A stretch of 64,000 nt of DNA. Origin: Gammaproteobacteria bacterium (GTDB lineage Bacteria > Pseudomonadota > Gammaproteobacteria > GCA-001735895). The DNA is taken from assembly GCA_024763505.1 (NCBI GenBank), contig JANTFI010000003.1, positions 784 to 64,783 of the forward strand, in the 5' to 3' direction. A program made the position numbers and the translations under genes. This document shows, piece by piece, positions 39,401-48,571 of the stretch. Below the pieces are notes generated by a model. The model was not told the origin of the DNA. It made no database searches and saw nothing but the letters and a program-made list of their open reading frames with translations. The first letter of the stretch is position 1, and every line of letters starts with the position of its first letter.

Positions 39401-39733
39401 ATGGCTCTAGATGTAAACGGCACAAGCTACGAAGTAGACGAAGAAGGTTACCTGGCTAACCTGAATGACTGGAACCCTGACGTAGCTGCCGCTCTGGCTG
39501 CTGCTGACGATGCAGAACTGACCGACGCACACTGGGAAGTGATCAACTTCCTGCGTGAGTATTATGAAGAATATCAGATCGCTCCGGCGGTTCGTGTTCT
39601 GACCAAAGCGATCGGCAAGAAGCTCGGCAAGGACAAAGGTAACAGCAAGTACCTGTACGAACTGTTCCCGTATGGCCCTGCCAAGCAAGCCTGTAAGTAT
39701 GCGGGTCTGCCCAAGCCTACTGGTTGCGTTTAG
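39401..39733 (+). CDS. dsrC: DsrC (dissimilatory sulfite reductase gamma / sulfur carrier)
   Basis: 110 aa ending ...QACKYAGLPKPTGCV, with both conserved C-terminal cysteines. Confidence 0.95.
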   Translation: MALDVNGTSYEVDEEGYLANLNDWNPDVAAALAAADDAELTDAHWEVINFLREYYEEYQIAPAVRVLTKAIGKKLGKDKGNSKYLYELFPYGPAKQACKYAGLPKPTGCV

Positions 39734-39872
39734 CATCCATCGGTCAAAGGTTGCCAGACCCCGGTCTGGCAACTCTTTGCCAGCCTTGATCTGTTGGTAA
39801 GTTTTGAAAGTGCTTGTTTAAAGCCTTTTCATAACTTCCTTGCACTACGAATCCTCTGAGAGACAGCGTTCA

Positions 39873-40604
39873 ATGAGTACTTTTTTTGCATTATTATTCT
39901 GGTTTGCCACAGCCGTTATCGTGCTGGGACTGGCTTTTAAAATCAGGCAGTACTGGGTAACGCCCGCCCCGTTAAAGATTCCAACTACGCCGGCTCCGAC
40001 TACACAAGCTGGCGTAGTCTACCGTATGGCAAAAGAAGTCATCGTTTTTGAAAGCCTGTTCAAGTCCAACAAATGGATCTGGATTTTCGGCTGGATGTTC
40101 CACATGTCCCTGTTTCTGGTGCTGGCGCGCCACCTTCGCTATTTTCAGGATCAACCCTGGTTCTGGGTCAACATCATTCAACCGTTTGGTAAATATGCCG
40201 CCTTCACTATGGTGATCGGACTGGTGGGTCTGTTCGTGCGTCGCATCGTGGTTGCCCGTGTCCGCTATATTTCGGCTCCTTCCGATTATCTGATGCTGAT
40301 CATGCTGTTCTTTATCGGTTTTAGCGGGTTGATCATGAATTATGTTTCGCATGTCGACATCATTGCCGTGAAAGAGTTTTTCAATGCCTGGATGGGATTT
40401 TCCATCGGCGACTTTCCGGTCAGCGTGCCGCTGATCGTGCATTTATCGTTGGTCGCTTTGCTGTTAATCGTTTTTCCTTTCAGCAAGTTGCTGCATGCAC
40501 CCGGGGTATTCTTTAGCCCGACTCGTAATCAAGTCGATAACCCGCGTGAAAAACGGCATATAGCCAAGTGGGCAGCTGAACTCGAAAACAATTCAAAGGG
40601 CTAG
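39873..40604 (+). CDS. dsrM: DsrM, NarI-like membrane di-haem cytochrome b
   Basis: Five predicted TM helices with conserved His pairs. The start was moved to MSTFFALLFW at 39873 rather than the track ATG at 39840. Confidence 0.85.
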   Translation: MSTFFALLFWFATAVIVLGLAFKIRQYWVTPAPLKIPTTPAPTTQAGVVYRMAKEVIVFESLFKSNKWIWIFGWMFHMSLFLVLARHLRYFQDQPWFWVNIIQPFGKYAAFTMVIGLVGLFVRRIVVARVRYISAPSDYLMLIMLFFIGFSGLIMNYVSHVDIIAVKEFFNAWMGFSIGDFPVSVPLIVHLSLVALLLIVFPFSKLLHAPGVFFSPTRNQVDNPREKRHIAKWAAELENNSKG

Positions 40605-40613
40605 GAGACAGAC

Positions 40614-42161
40614 GTGGCTGATTTCGAAACACCAGAATTATTCAAACACATCCATGTGCCTAAGCCTGTACCCGGCAGTATGGAATCTTCCGGCCCCTTT
40701 ATTGCCAAACCAGATCACCAGGAAGCCCTCGGATTTCCGCATGAACTGGTCGATAACTGGGAAGAAAAAGCCGTCGAAGAGATGGGCAATACGCTGCAGA
40801 AATATCGCGGTTTGCGAGTGTTTCTCGATTCCTGCGTAAAATGTGGTGCCTGTACCGACAAATGTCACTACTACCTCGGTTCGGCTGACCCCAAAAACAT
40901 GCCGGTCGGACGCCAGGATTTACTGCGTTCGGTGTATCGCAAATATCACACTCCGGCAGGAAAATTTCTCAGTAAACTTGGTCTGGAATGGCTGATTGGC
41001 GCAAAGTCGATGACTCGCGAAGTACTGGATGACTGGTATAACTATTATCACCAGTGCTCGGAATGTCGCCGCTGTTCGGTGTATTGCCCCTATGGCATCG
41101 ATACCGCCGAAATCACCATGGCGGCTCGCGATATCATGGACAAGATCGGGCATGGTCAGAAATACAACAATGAAATCATCGGCAAGGTCTTCAAAATCGG
41201 CAACAATCTCGGCCTGCCCGAACCGGCTCTGGCCGACACTCTGGAAGGTTTGGAAGAAGATATTGAAGATGAAACCGGCGTCAAGGTCGAGTTACCGCTG
41301 GATCGCGAAGGCTGCGAAATCCTGCTAGTTACCCCTTCTGCTGACTTTTTCGCTGAACCTCACGTCGACGGCCTGATGGGTTACGCCAAGGTTTTCCATG
41401 AAGCCGGTGTAACCTGGACCCTGAGTTCCAAGGCTTCTGAAGCAGCCAACTTCGGCATGTTTATTGGCAGCTATGAGAATATGCGCAAGATTTCACTGCG
41501 CATTCGTGAAGCCGCCATCGATCTCGGTGTCAAGCGTATCGTTTTCGGTGAATGTGGACATGCCTGGCGCGTGGCTTACAGCTTTCTCAACACGCTTGCC
41601 GGCCCGTTTGACTTTCTCGACCAGAATTACCCGATTCCGCAGCATATCTGCGAATTCACGCATGACTTGATCCAAAAGGATAAGCTCAAATTCGACCCAT
41701 CCGAGAATGACTGGATGACGCTGACCTTTCATGATTCCTGTAATGTTGCGCGTGCCTCTCGCATGGGTGACAAACCCGGAGGTCAGTTCACGATTCCTCG
41801 TGACATCATCAAAAAGGTTTGTAATAACTACGTCGATATGGCAGCCGACACCATCGGAGAAGGTACTTACTGCTGCGGTGGCGGCGGCGGTTTGCTGACC
41901 GATGACTTGATGGCGGTTCGCGTCAAGGGTGCTATGCCAAGAATGACGGCACTGACCAACGTAGTACTGGAAGATGGTGTTACCCACATGGCTGCCATCT
42001 GCGCAATCTGTAAGTCCCAGTTTTCCAAGGTATTACCTTATTACAATATGGGCATGGACATGATCGTCAGTGTGCACCAACTCGTTTCCAATGCCTTGAT
42101 TCTGACTGGTCAGAACAGCGAGGATGAAAACGAAGCGGAAACCGCTAAAGAATCCGAATAA
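40614..42161 (+). CDS. dsrK: DsrK, HdrD-like iron-sulfur catalytic subunit
   Basis: 515 aa with a CxxCxxCxxxCP ferredoxin motif (CVKCGACTDKCHY), a second cluster, and a CCG domain (YCCGGGGG). GTG start. Confidence 0.9.
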   Translation: MADFETPELFKHIHVPKPVPGSMESSGPFIAKPDHQEALGFPHELVDNWEEKAVEEMGNTLQKYRGLRVFLDSCVKCGACTDKCHYYLGSADPKNMPVGRQDLLRSVYRKYHTPAGKFLSKLGLEWLIGAKSMTREVLDDWYNYYHQCSECRRCSVYCPYGIDTAEITMAARDIMDKIGHGQKYNNEIIGKVFKIGNNLGLPEPALADTLEGLEEDIEDETGVKVELPLDREGCEILLVTPSADFFAEPHVDGLMGYAKVFHEAGVTWTLSSKASEAANFGMFIGSYENMRKISLRIREAAIDLGVKRIVFGECGHAWRVAYSFLNTLAGPFDFLDQNYPIPQHICEFTHDLIQKDKLKFDPSENDWMTLTFHDSCNVARASRMGDKPGGQFTIPRDIIKKVCNNYVDMAADTIGEGTYCCGGGGGLLTDDLMAVRVKGAMPRMTALTNVVLEDGVTHMAAICAICKSQFSKVLPYYNMGMDMIVSVHQLVSNALILTGQNSEDENEAETAKESE

Positions 42162-42231
42162 ATCTATAATTTTAATTGTTAAGAATTTAAATTTTCAATC
42201 CAGTGAAAACTGTTAGTCACAGGAGCTAAAA

Positions 42232-44187
42232 ATGGCAACAAACGCAAATGACATGAACACCAAACTGACTTTTCGCAAGTTCGAGGACGGCGTCAGCAGC
42301 TATCGGAATATGGGTGACAAAATCCTGGAACAGGACAAGTCATACAAGTGTCCGACTTATGTCCACCGGACTCCTCCTTGTCAGGGTAGTTGCCCTTCCG
42401 GTGAAGATATCCGTGGCTATCTGGATATTGTTCGTGGCATCGAGAAACCGCCCGAAGGTATCTCTATGCAGGAATACGCTTTCCGTCGTTCCACTGACGC
42501 CAACCCGTTCCCTTCCATGATGGGTCGTGTATGTCCGGCGCCTTGTCAGGATGGATGTAATCGTAACAATGTCGAAGACTTCGTCGGCATCAATGCGGTA
42601 GAACAATACATTGGCGATACCGCTCATAAAGAAGGTTTCACCTTCGATAACTCAGCCCCTTTGTCCGGCAAGAAAGTAGCTATCGTGGGCGGTGGTCCTG
42701 CCGGTATGGCAGCCGCTTACCAGTTACGCCGCATGGGTCATGAATCAGTTGTATTCGATGACCATGATGAACTCGGCGGCATGTTCAAGTACGGCATCCC
42801 GGGCTATCGTACCCCGCGTGAATTCCTGAACCACGAACTGCAGCGTATCCTCGATATGGGTGGTATTGAAGTAAAGCTTTCTACCCGCGTCGGCACTGAC
42901 GTCAAGGTAGAAGATATCGAATCCGAATACGATGCCATAATCTGGGCAATTGGTTGTAAATCCGGCCGTGGCCTGCCGGTTCCGAATGCGGATGCGCCGA
43001 ACTGTGTATCAGGTGTCGCTTTCCTTGAAGCCTTCAACAAAGGCACCATGAAAGTCACCGCTGATCGCGTAGTCTGTGTAGGTGGTGGTGATACTTCTAT
43101 CGACGTGGTATCTGTTGCCCGCCGCCTCGGCAAGATCGATTCCCTGCCGGAAAACGAGCTGCCCGAGCATGTCATCGGTGGCTATGTAGCACATGATTCC
43201 GCCTATACTGCGGCTCGTGGTGGTGCGGAAGTTACACTGACTTCCCTGTTCCCTCGCGCTGAAATGACCGCTTCCGAGCATGAAGTTGAAGATGCACTGC
43301 GTGAAGGTGTTTCGATTCATGACGGTGTTATGCCTGTTGAAGTCATCGTCAATGACCAGGGCCGTGCGACAGCATTGAAACTGGCCAAGTGTGAAATGGT
43401 CGATGGTCGCCCGACGCCTGTCGAAGGCACCGAATATGAAATCGAATGTGATCTGATCGTATCCGCAATCGGTCAGTCCGGTGATTTGACCGGTCTGGAA
43501 GAATTCGACAACGGTCGTGGCCTGATCGATTCCGACAGTTTCTATCGGGTGCCGGGCAAAGAAGGTCACTTCGTTGCTGGCGATATCATTCGCCCTCACC
43601 TGCTGACCACCGCGATTGGTCAGGCTTCTGTCTGTGCCGAAACCGTCAATGCCTATCTCGGCGATGATGAACTGAAGAAACGCCCGAAAGTTGATGTTCA
43701 CCACTTTGATCTGTTGAACAAACTGCATGAAGCCGGTCTGGATCCCAAGCACTATGAGCATACCAATGATGATCGTGGTACCAGCTCTGCAGATTTTGCC
43801 GTACATAACTTCGAAGATCGTTCGGAGCAGGAAATCATTTCTACCGATCAAATGTTCCTCGGACATTTCGAATACACACCTCGCCATGTTCGCGAGCAGG
43901 TCGTTCCTTCGGCAGATGATGTACTCGGTCATTTCGAAGATCGTCTGGTACCATTACCGGAAGAAGAAGCGATCGCCGAAGCCGGACGTTGCATGAGTTG
44001 CGGCATGTGCTTCGAATGTGATAACTGCGTCATTTATTGTCCTCAGGATGCGGTATTCCGCGTCAAGAAAGACAAGCAGACTCTCGGTCGCTATGTTGAT
44101 ACCGACTATTCCAAGTGTATCGGTTGCCACATTTGTTCTGACGTTTGTCCTACCGGCTATATCGATATGGCCATGGGTAATCACTGA
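42232..44187 (+). CDS. dsrL: DsrL, NAD(P)H:acceptor oxidoreductase (GltD-like, with a C-terminal ferredoxin domain)
   Basis: 651 aa with an FAD/NAD Rossmann motif (VAIVGGGPAGMAAA) and N- and C-terminal [4Fe-4S] motifs (CMSCGMCFECDNC, CIGCHICSDVCP). Confidence 0.85.
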   Translation: MATNANDMNTKLTFRKFEDGVSSYRNMGDKILEQDKSYKCPTYVHRTPPCQGSCPSGEDIRGYLDIVRGIEKPPEGISMQEYAFRRSTDANPFPSMMGRVCPAPCQDGCNRNNVEDFVGINAVEQYIGDTAHKEGFTFDNSAPLSGKKVAIVGGGPAGMAAAYQLRRMGHESVVFDDHDELGGMFKYGIPGYRTPREFLNHELQRILDMGGIEVKLSTRVGTDVKVEDIESEYDAIIWAIGCKSGRGLPVPNADAPNCVSGVAFLEAFNKGTMKVTADRVVCVGGGDTSIDVVSVARRLGKIDSLPENELPEHVIGGYVAHDSAYTAARGGAEVTLTSLFPRAEMTASEHEVEDALREGVSIHDGVMPVEVIVNDQGRATALKLAKCEMVDGRPTPVEGTEYEIECDLIVSAIGQSGDLTGLEEFDNGRGLIDSDSFYRVPGKEGHFVAGDIIRPHLLTTAIGQASVCAETVNAYLGDDELKKRPKVDVHHFDLLNKLHEAGLDPKHYEHTNDDRGTSSADFAVHNFEDRSEQEIISTDQMFLGHFEYTPRHVREQVVPSADDVLGHFEDRLVPLPEEEAIAEAGRCMSCGMCFECDNCVIYCPQDAVFRVKKDKQTLGRYVDTDYSKCIGCHICSDVCPTGYIDMAMGNH

Positions 44188-44213
44188 TCCTTAACAATAA
44201 CGGTGGTATTTTT

Positions 44214-44732
44214 GTGAATATTCGTCGATTACCCAGACTTCTGTTGACCGCAACTTTGTTGTTGTGGTCAATCGGCAGTTACGCTGCCGGCAATTACAGT
44301 GGGCCTGACCGTGATGAAAACGGCAATATCGTACCAACTCCAAAAGGTGAAAAGTGCGTCGAGCCGACCGATGTGATCCGTGCCAATCATATGAAATTTT
44401 TACTTCATCAGCGCGATCAAACCATGCATAAAGGTATTCGGACCAAGCAACACAGCCTGAAAGAATGTATCAACTGCCATGCTACTCCGGATGAAAACGG
44501 AAAGATTGCTCGTGTTTTTGATGAAGACAGCAAACACTTTTGCGCCAGCTGTCATCAAGCTGCCAGCGTAAAGCTGGATTGTTTCGAATGTCACACTGAC
44601 CGGCCAGAAGATGCTTTCAGCCTGCAGAAATTACCCGCCGATCATGCGATGTCAGAGCGTTTGGCACCGGCTGCATCGCGCAAACCTCATGTCGTGCTAA
44701 ACAGCCAGGGGCAACAAGATGAGCAGAAATGA
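44214..44732 (+). CDS. dsrJ: DsrJ, periplasmic tri-haem cytochrome c
   Basis: 172 aa with a signal peptide and three CxxCH motifs (CINCH, CASCH, CFECH). GTG start. Confidence 0.8.
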   Translation: MNIRRLPRLLLTATLLLWSIGSYAAGNYSGPDRDENGNIVPTPKGEKCVEPTDVIRANHMKFLLHQRDQTMHKGIRTKQHSLKECINCHATPDENGKIARVFDEDSKHFCASCHQAASVKLDCFECHTDRPEDAFSLQKLPADHAMSERLAPAASRKPHVVLNSQGQQDEQK

Positions 44733-45492
44733 TGTCGATTCTGCAACCGGGCAGAACTCTTCAGTGAACCGAATCGACCAGTATCGCCGTCATTTTGTTG
44801 GCGGCAGTATTGCCGCTGCCGCCGGACTAGCGCTAGCGCCCGGTCTGATCCTCAATTCAGTTCAGGCCAAGCCGGATGACCAGGCCGTCAGTAACAAAAA
44901 TCGCTGGGGATTATTGATCGATACCAGCAAGTGTGCCGAAGGCTGTACTGATTGTGTAACAGCCTGTAATAAGAAGCATGGCCTGAATCCAGTGCATGGT
45001 GAATTGACCGATGCGCAGTGGATTCGTCATGTAACCTTGAAAAACAAGCAAACCGGTCACCAGATCGATATGCCAATGATGTGCCAGCATTGTGAATTCC
45101 CCCCTTGTGTGGATGTCTGCCCGACCGGTGCTTCCTTCAAACGAAAAGACGGCATCGTGCTGGTCGACAAGCATATCTGCATCGGTTGCCGCTACTGCAT
45201 GATGGCTTGCCCGTACAAGGCACGCAGTTTCGTACATGAGGCGCACACCGACCAGGTTCCAGATGCTCCAAGAGGAAAAGGCACGGTTGAATCCTGTACC
45301 TTATGCGTGGATATGATTGACCGCGGAGACGGTACCACTGCCTGCGCCGAGGCTTGTACGTCTGGTGCCATACTGTTTGGTGATCTGAACGATAGCAACA
45401 GCGAGATTTCCCGGCGCCTGTCCTCAGAAGGTGGCCGTCAATTGCGTGCTGAATTGAGCCTGAATACAGGCGTTCGTTATCAGGGTTTATAG
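44719..45492 (+). CDS. dsrO: DsrO, periplasmic Tat-exported 4Fe-4S ferredoxin-like protein
   Basis: 257 aa with a twin-arginine motif (RRHFVGG) and multiple CxxCxxCxxxCP motifs. Overlaps the dsrJ end. Confidence 0.85.
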   Translation: MSRNDVDSATGQNSSVNRIDQYRRHFVGGSIAAAAGLALAPGLILNSVQAKPDDQAVSNKNRWGLLIDTSKCAEGCTDCVTACNKKHGLNPVHGELTDAQWIRHVTLKNKQTGHQIDMPMMCQHCEFPPCVDVCPTGASFKRKDGIVLVDKHICIGCRYCMMACPYKARSFVHEAHTDQVPDAPRGKGTVESCTLCVDMIDRGDGTTACAEACTSGAILFGDLNDSNSEISRRLSSEGGRQLRAELSLNTGVRYQGL

Positions 45493-45496
45493 TGAT

Positions 45497-46702
45497 ATGA
45501 AGAATTTACGGTATACAACGATCGAAGGAAATTCACCGCGATTTCTTGGCCTGTTGGCCATATACGGTTTTTTCCTGCTTTTGGGTTTTTACGCCTTTGT
45601 TACGATGGAACATGAAGGGCACTGGATCACCGGCATGACCAATCAGGTAATCTGGGGCCTGCCGCATGTTTTTGCCATTTTTCTGATTGTAGCGGCATCC
45701 GGTGCGCTGAATGTGGCTTCGATTGCTTCAGCCTTTAATAAAAGCTTTTACAAACCATTGGCCAAACTATCGGCCGTACTCGCCATTGCCCTGCTCGCCG
45801 GCGGCTTGATTGTATTGTTGCTCGACCTCGGTCGCCCGGATCGCCTGATCGTTGCTATCACTTATTACAATTTCAAATCAATCTTCGCCTGGAATATCAT
45901 CCTGTACAGCGGTTTCTTCGCCATTGTCGGTGTTTATCTATGGACCATGCTCGATTGGCAGGTGGAAAAATACAAGCGCATCGCCGGTACCGCTGCTTTT
46001 ATCTGGCGATTGATCCTGACTACCGGTACCGGTTCCATCTTCGGTTTTCTGGTTGCAAGACAGGGTTACGATGAAGCGATTCTCGCGCCAATGTTTGTCA
46101 TCATGTCTTTTTCCTACGGATTGGCCATCTACCTGCTGGTGTTAATGGCAACCTACAAATGGACCGGACGTGAACTGGGTGATGCGGTGATTAATCGTTT
46201 GCAGAATCTGCTGGGTGTATTTGTTGCAGCGACACTCTATTTTGCCGCTGTTTACCATTTGACCAATCTCTACATCACTGAACATCACGGCTTTGAAGCG
46301 TACATCCTGCGAGATGGCGGCCTGATCACCAATATGTTTTGGTATGGCCAGATTGTGTTTGGCTCGCTGTTACCTCTGGCATTGGTGTATTGCCCGCGTC
46401 CCGCGAAGAGCCGACTGGCTGTGGTGGTCGCCTCGATTCTGGTCATTCTCGGCGGTATGGCTGCGTTGTATGTCATTCTGATCGGCGGTCAAACCTACCC
46501 GATGACACTGGTTCCCGGTTATGAAGCCTCTTCCAGCTTTTCTGATGGCGTCATCGCCAGCTATTCCCCCAGCAAATGGGAATTGATGCTGGGTCTTGGC
46601 GGCGTCGCAGTCGCACTGCTGATCGTCACCTTTGGCATGAAGTTGTTCAGCCTGTTGCCGGAATCCCTTTCCGACAAGGTTACCAACCCGCACAAGTCCT
46701 GA
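45497..46702 (+). CDS. dsrP: DsrP, NrfD/PsrC-like integral membrane protein
   Basis: 401 aa with about 10 TM helices, following dsrO. Confidence 0.85.
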   Translation: MKNLRYTTIEGNSPRFLGLLAIYGFFLLLGFYAFVTMEHEGHWITGMTNQVIWGLPHVFAIFLIVAASGALNVASIASAFNKSFYKPLAKLSAVLAIALLAGGLIVLLLDLGRPDRLIVAITYYNFKSIFAWNIILYSGFFAIVGVYLWTMLDWQVEKYKRIAGTAAFIWRLILTTGTGSIFGFLVARQGYDEAILAPMFVIMSFSYGLAIYLLVLMATYKWTGRELGDAVINRLQNLLGVFVAATLYFAAVYHLTNLYITEHHGFEAYILRDGGLITNMFWYGQIVFGSLLPLALVYCPRPAKSRLAVVVASILVILGGMAALYVILIGGQTYPMTLVPGYEASSSFSDGVIASYSPSKWELMLGLGGVAVALLIVTFGMKLFSLLPESLSDKVTNPHKS

Positions 46703-46712
46703 ACCTTTAAAA

Positions 46713-46752
46713 CCAAACTGTTGCCCACCCTTTCCGGGGGCAACAGTTTTGG
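46713..46752 (+). terminator. strong stem-loop between dsrP and dsrN; possible attenuator or partial terminator
   Basis: 12-bp perfect stem AAACTGTTGCCC / GGGCAACAGTTT, extendable with one bulge, with an 11-nt loop and a short downstream T-run. A TATAAT hexamer lies at 46806-46811, 30 nt before the dsrN start. Confidence 0.4.
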
Positions 46753-46840
46753 CGGTTTCTACCGCTTGCTGTATCCGCCAACTCCTTCTTCCATCGGATT
46801 CGGGCTATAATGGCCGACGAATTTCAATGTCCTGTTACCC

Positions 46841-48244
46841 ATGTCCGCTTTCTATATCTCGGCAGCACACAAGTCTTCCGGTAAAACCACGCTGTCTATC
46901 GGCATCTGTGCGGCCATCCGCAAGCGCTCATTGAGCGTACAGGCTTTCAAAAAAGGGCCTGACTATATCGACCCGATCTGGCTTACGCAGGTGAGCGGAC
47001 AAGCCTGTCGCAATCTCGATTTTTATACCTCTGGCAAGGAATACATCTTGCAACAGTTCCAACAACATCAAGCTGGCAAGGATGTGGTGCTGGTTGAAGG
47101 TAATATGGGGCTATTTGACGGACTTTCACTGGATGGCTCGGACAGTAACGCCGCGATGGCCAAACTACTAGGGCTCCCGGTGGTGCTAGTGGTCGATTGC
47201 TCCGGCACCAGCCGGGGTATCGCCCCGTTGCTCAATGGCTATCAGACATTTGACCCGGATGTGCAATATGCGGGCGTCATTCTCAACAAACTGGCCGGAG
47301 CACGCCATCAGAAAAAATTGCAGGATGTCATCGAAGCCTATAGTGATTTCACCATTCTCGGCGCCGTACCACGCAATCATGATATTCAAGTGACTGAACG
47401 ACATCTTGGCCTGATTCCCAGTAATGAAATTCGCGAACAATCCGGGCATATTATCGATTTACTGGCACAGCAGGCATCTCAATACATCGATATTGACCGA
47501 TTGCTCGAATCCACTTCCACGGCCCCGGTACAGCATCAACAGACAGCCGTGGTGCCAACAGTGGGAACTACTCCTGAACAGCCGAATCCATCGAAATTGC
47601 GCATAGCAGTCGCCATGGATGAAGCTTTTGGTTTCTATTACCCCGGCGACCTCGAACGCTTCGAGCAAAGTGGCGCAGAAATCATTCCCTTCAGTTGTCT
47701 GCACGACGATGCCTTACCGGAAAACATTGACGGACTGTTTATCGGCGGAGGCTTTCCTGAAACCCAGGCCACCCAGTTAGCGGCCAATAAACGCTGCCGT
47801 GAAGATATCCGTCGCGCAATTACTAACGGATTACCCGCGTATGCAGAATGCGGCGGGCTGATGTATCTGTGTCAGGACTTGCTGCACGATGGGCAGCATT
47901 TCCCGATGTGCGATATCATTCCCGCTCGCGTAAAAATGCATGCCAAACCGCAGGGACGTGGTTATGTCAAACTGCAAACGACCCCGCAACACCCCTGGTA
48001 CGACGAAGATTTACCCGTCATTCACGCGCATGAATTTCATTACTCGGCTCTGCAAGTCGAAGCCTCTAATATGAAATATGGTTATGCCATGAAAAGAGGC
48101 ACGGGAATTGATGGAATGAATGATGGTATAATTTTGTATAATCTGGTTGCGAACTATACTCACCTGCGATGCACCGACCAATGCAGTTGGGTTGATGATT
48201 TCGTTTCTTTTGTACAACATTGCAAACAGCAAGACTCAGAGTAA
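46841..48244 (+). CDS. dsrN: DsrN, cobyrinic acid a,c-diamide synthase-like siroheme amidase
   Basis: 467 aa with a CbiA/CobB-type ATPase N-terminus (ISAAHKSSGKTTLSIG), a C-terminal glutamine amidotransferase domain, and the dsr position. Confidence 0.85.
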   Translation: MSAFYISAAHKSSGKTTLSIGICAAIRKRSLSVQAFKKGPDYIDPIWLTQVSGQACRNLDFYTSGKEYILQQFQQHQAGKDVVLVEGNMGLFDGLSLDGSDSNAAMAKLLGLPVVLVVDCSGTSRGIAPLLNGYQTFDPDVQYAGVILNKLAGARHQKKLQDVIEAYSDFTILGAVPRNHDIQVTERHLGLIPSNEIREQSGHIIDLLAQQASQYIDIDRLLESTSTAPVQHQQTAVVPTVGTTPEQPNPSKLRIAVAMDEAFGFYYPGDLERFEQSGAEIIPFSCLHDDALPENIDGLFIGGGFPETQATQLAANKRCREDIRRAITNGLPAYAECGGLMYLCQDLLHDGQHFPMCDIIPARVKMHAKPQGRGYVKLQTTPQHPWYDEDLPVIHAHEFHYSALQVEASNMKYGYAMKRGTGIDGMNDGIILYNLVANYTHLRCTDQCSWVDDFVSFVQHCKQQDSE

Positions 48245-48247
48245 TCT

Positions 48248-48571
48248 ATGATCACAGTGACCCCAAGCGCCGCGGAACAAATTCAGCTTTCTGCCGAACA
48301 ATCCGGAATCACCGATGCGACCCTGCGGATCGCCATCAAGAGAATCGAGGATGGCTCGCTGCATTATGCTATGGGATTTGATGACGCCATTTCAGAGCAA
48401 GACCACCATCTTGAAACAGCTGGCATCAAGCTGGTGATCGCGCCCGCTTCAAAGGATCTGGCAGAGGGGATGACGCTGGATTATGTCGAATTGGATAATG
48501 GCGAAAAGAATTTCATTTTCATCAATCCTAACGAAAATCCGGCCGCCGTGGCAGACGACGATTCGAACTAA
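48248..48571 (+). CDS. dsrR: DsrR, IscA/HesB-like protein lacking the cluster-ligating cysteines
   Basis: 107 aa with an IscA-like fold pattern (MITVTPSAAEQI...LRIAIK...GFDD...) but no Cys. Located after dsrN. Confidence 0.75.
   Translation: MITVTPSAAEQIQLSAEQSGITDATLRIAIKRIEDGSLHYAMGFDDAISEQDHHLETAGIKLVIAPASKDLAEGMTLDYVELDNGEKNFIFINPNENPAAVADDDSN

Noticed and set aside
43009-43932. 307-aa minus-strand ORF
   Set aside because: Antisense to dsrL, which has clear FAD/NAD and Fe-S motifs. Spurious.
46749-46934. 61-aa ORF between dsrP and dsrN
   Set aside because: It overlaps the stem-loop and the dsrN start, and has no SD. Spurious.
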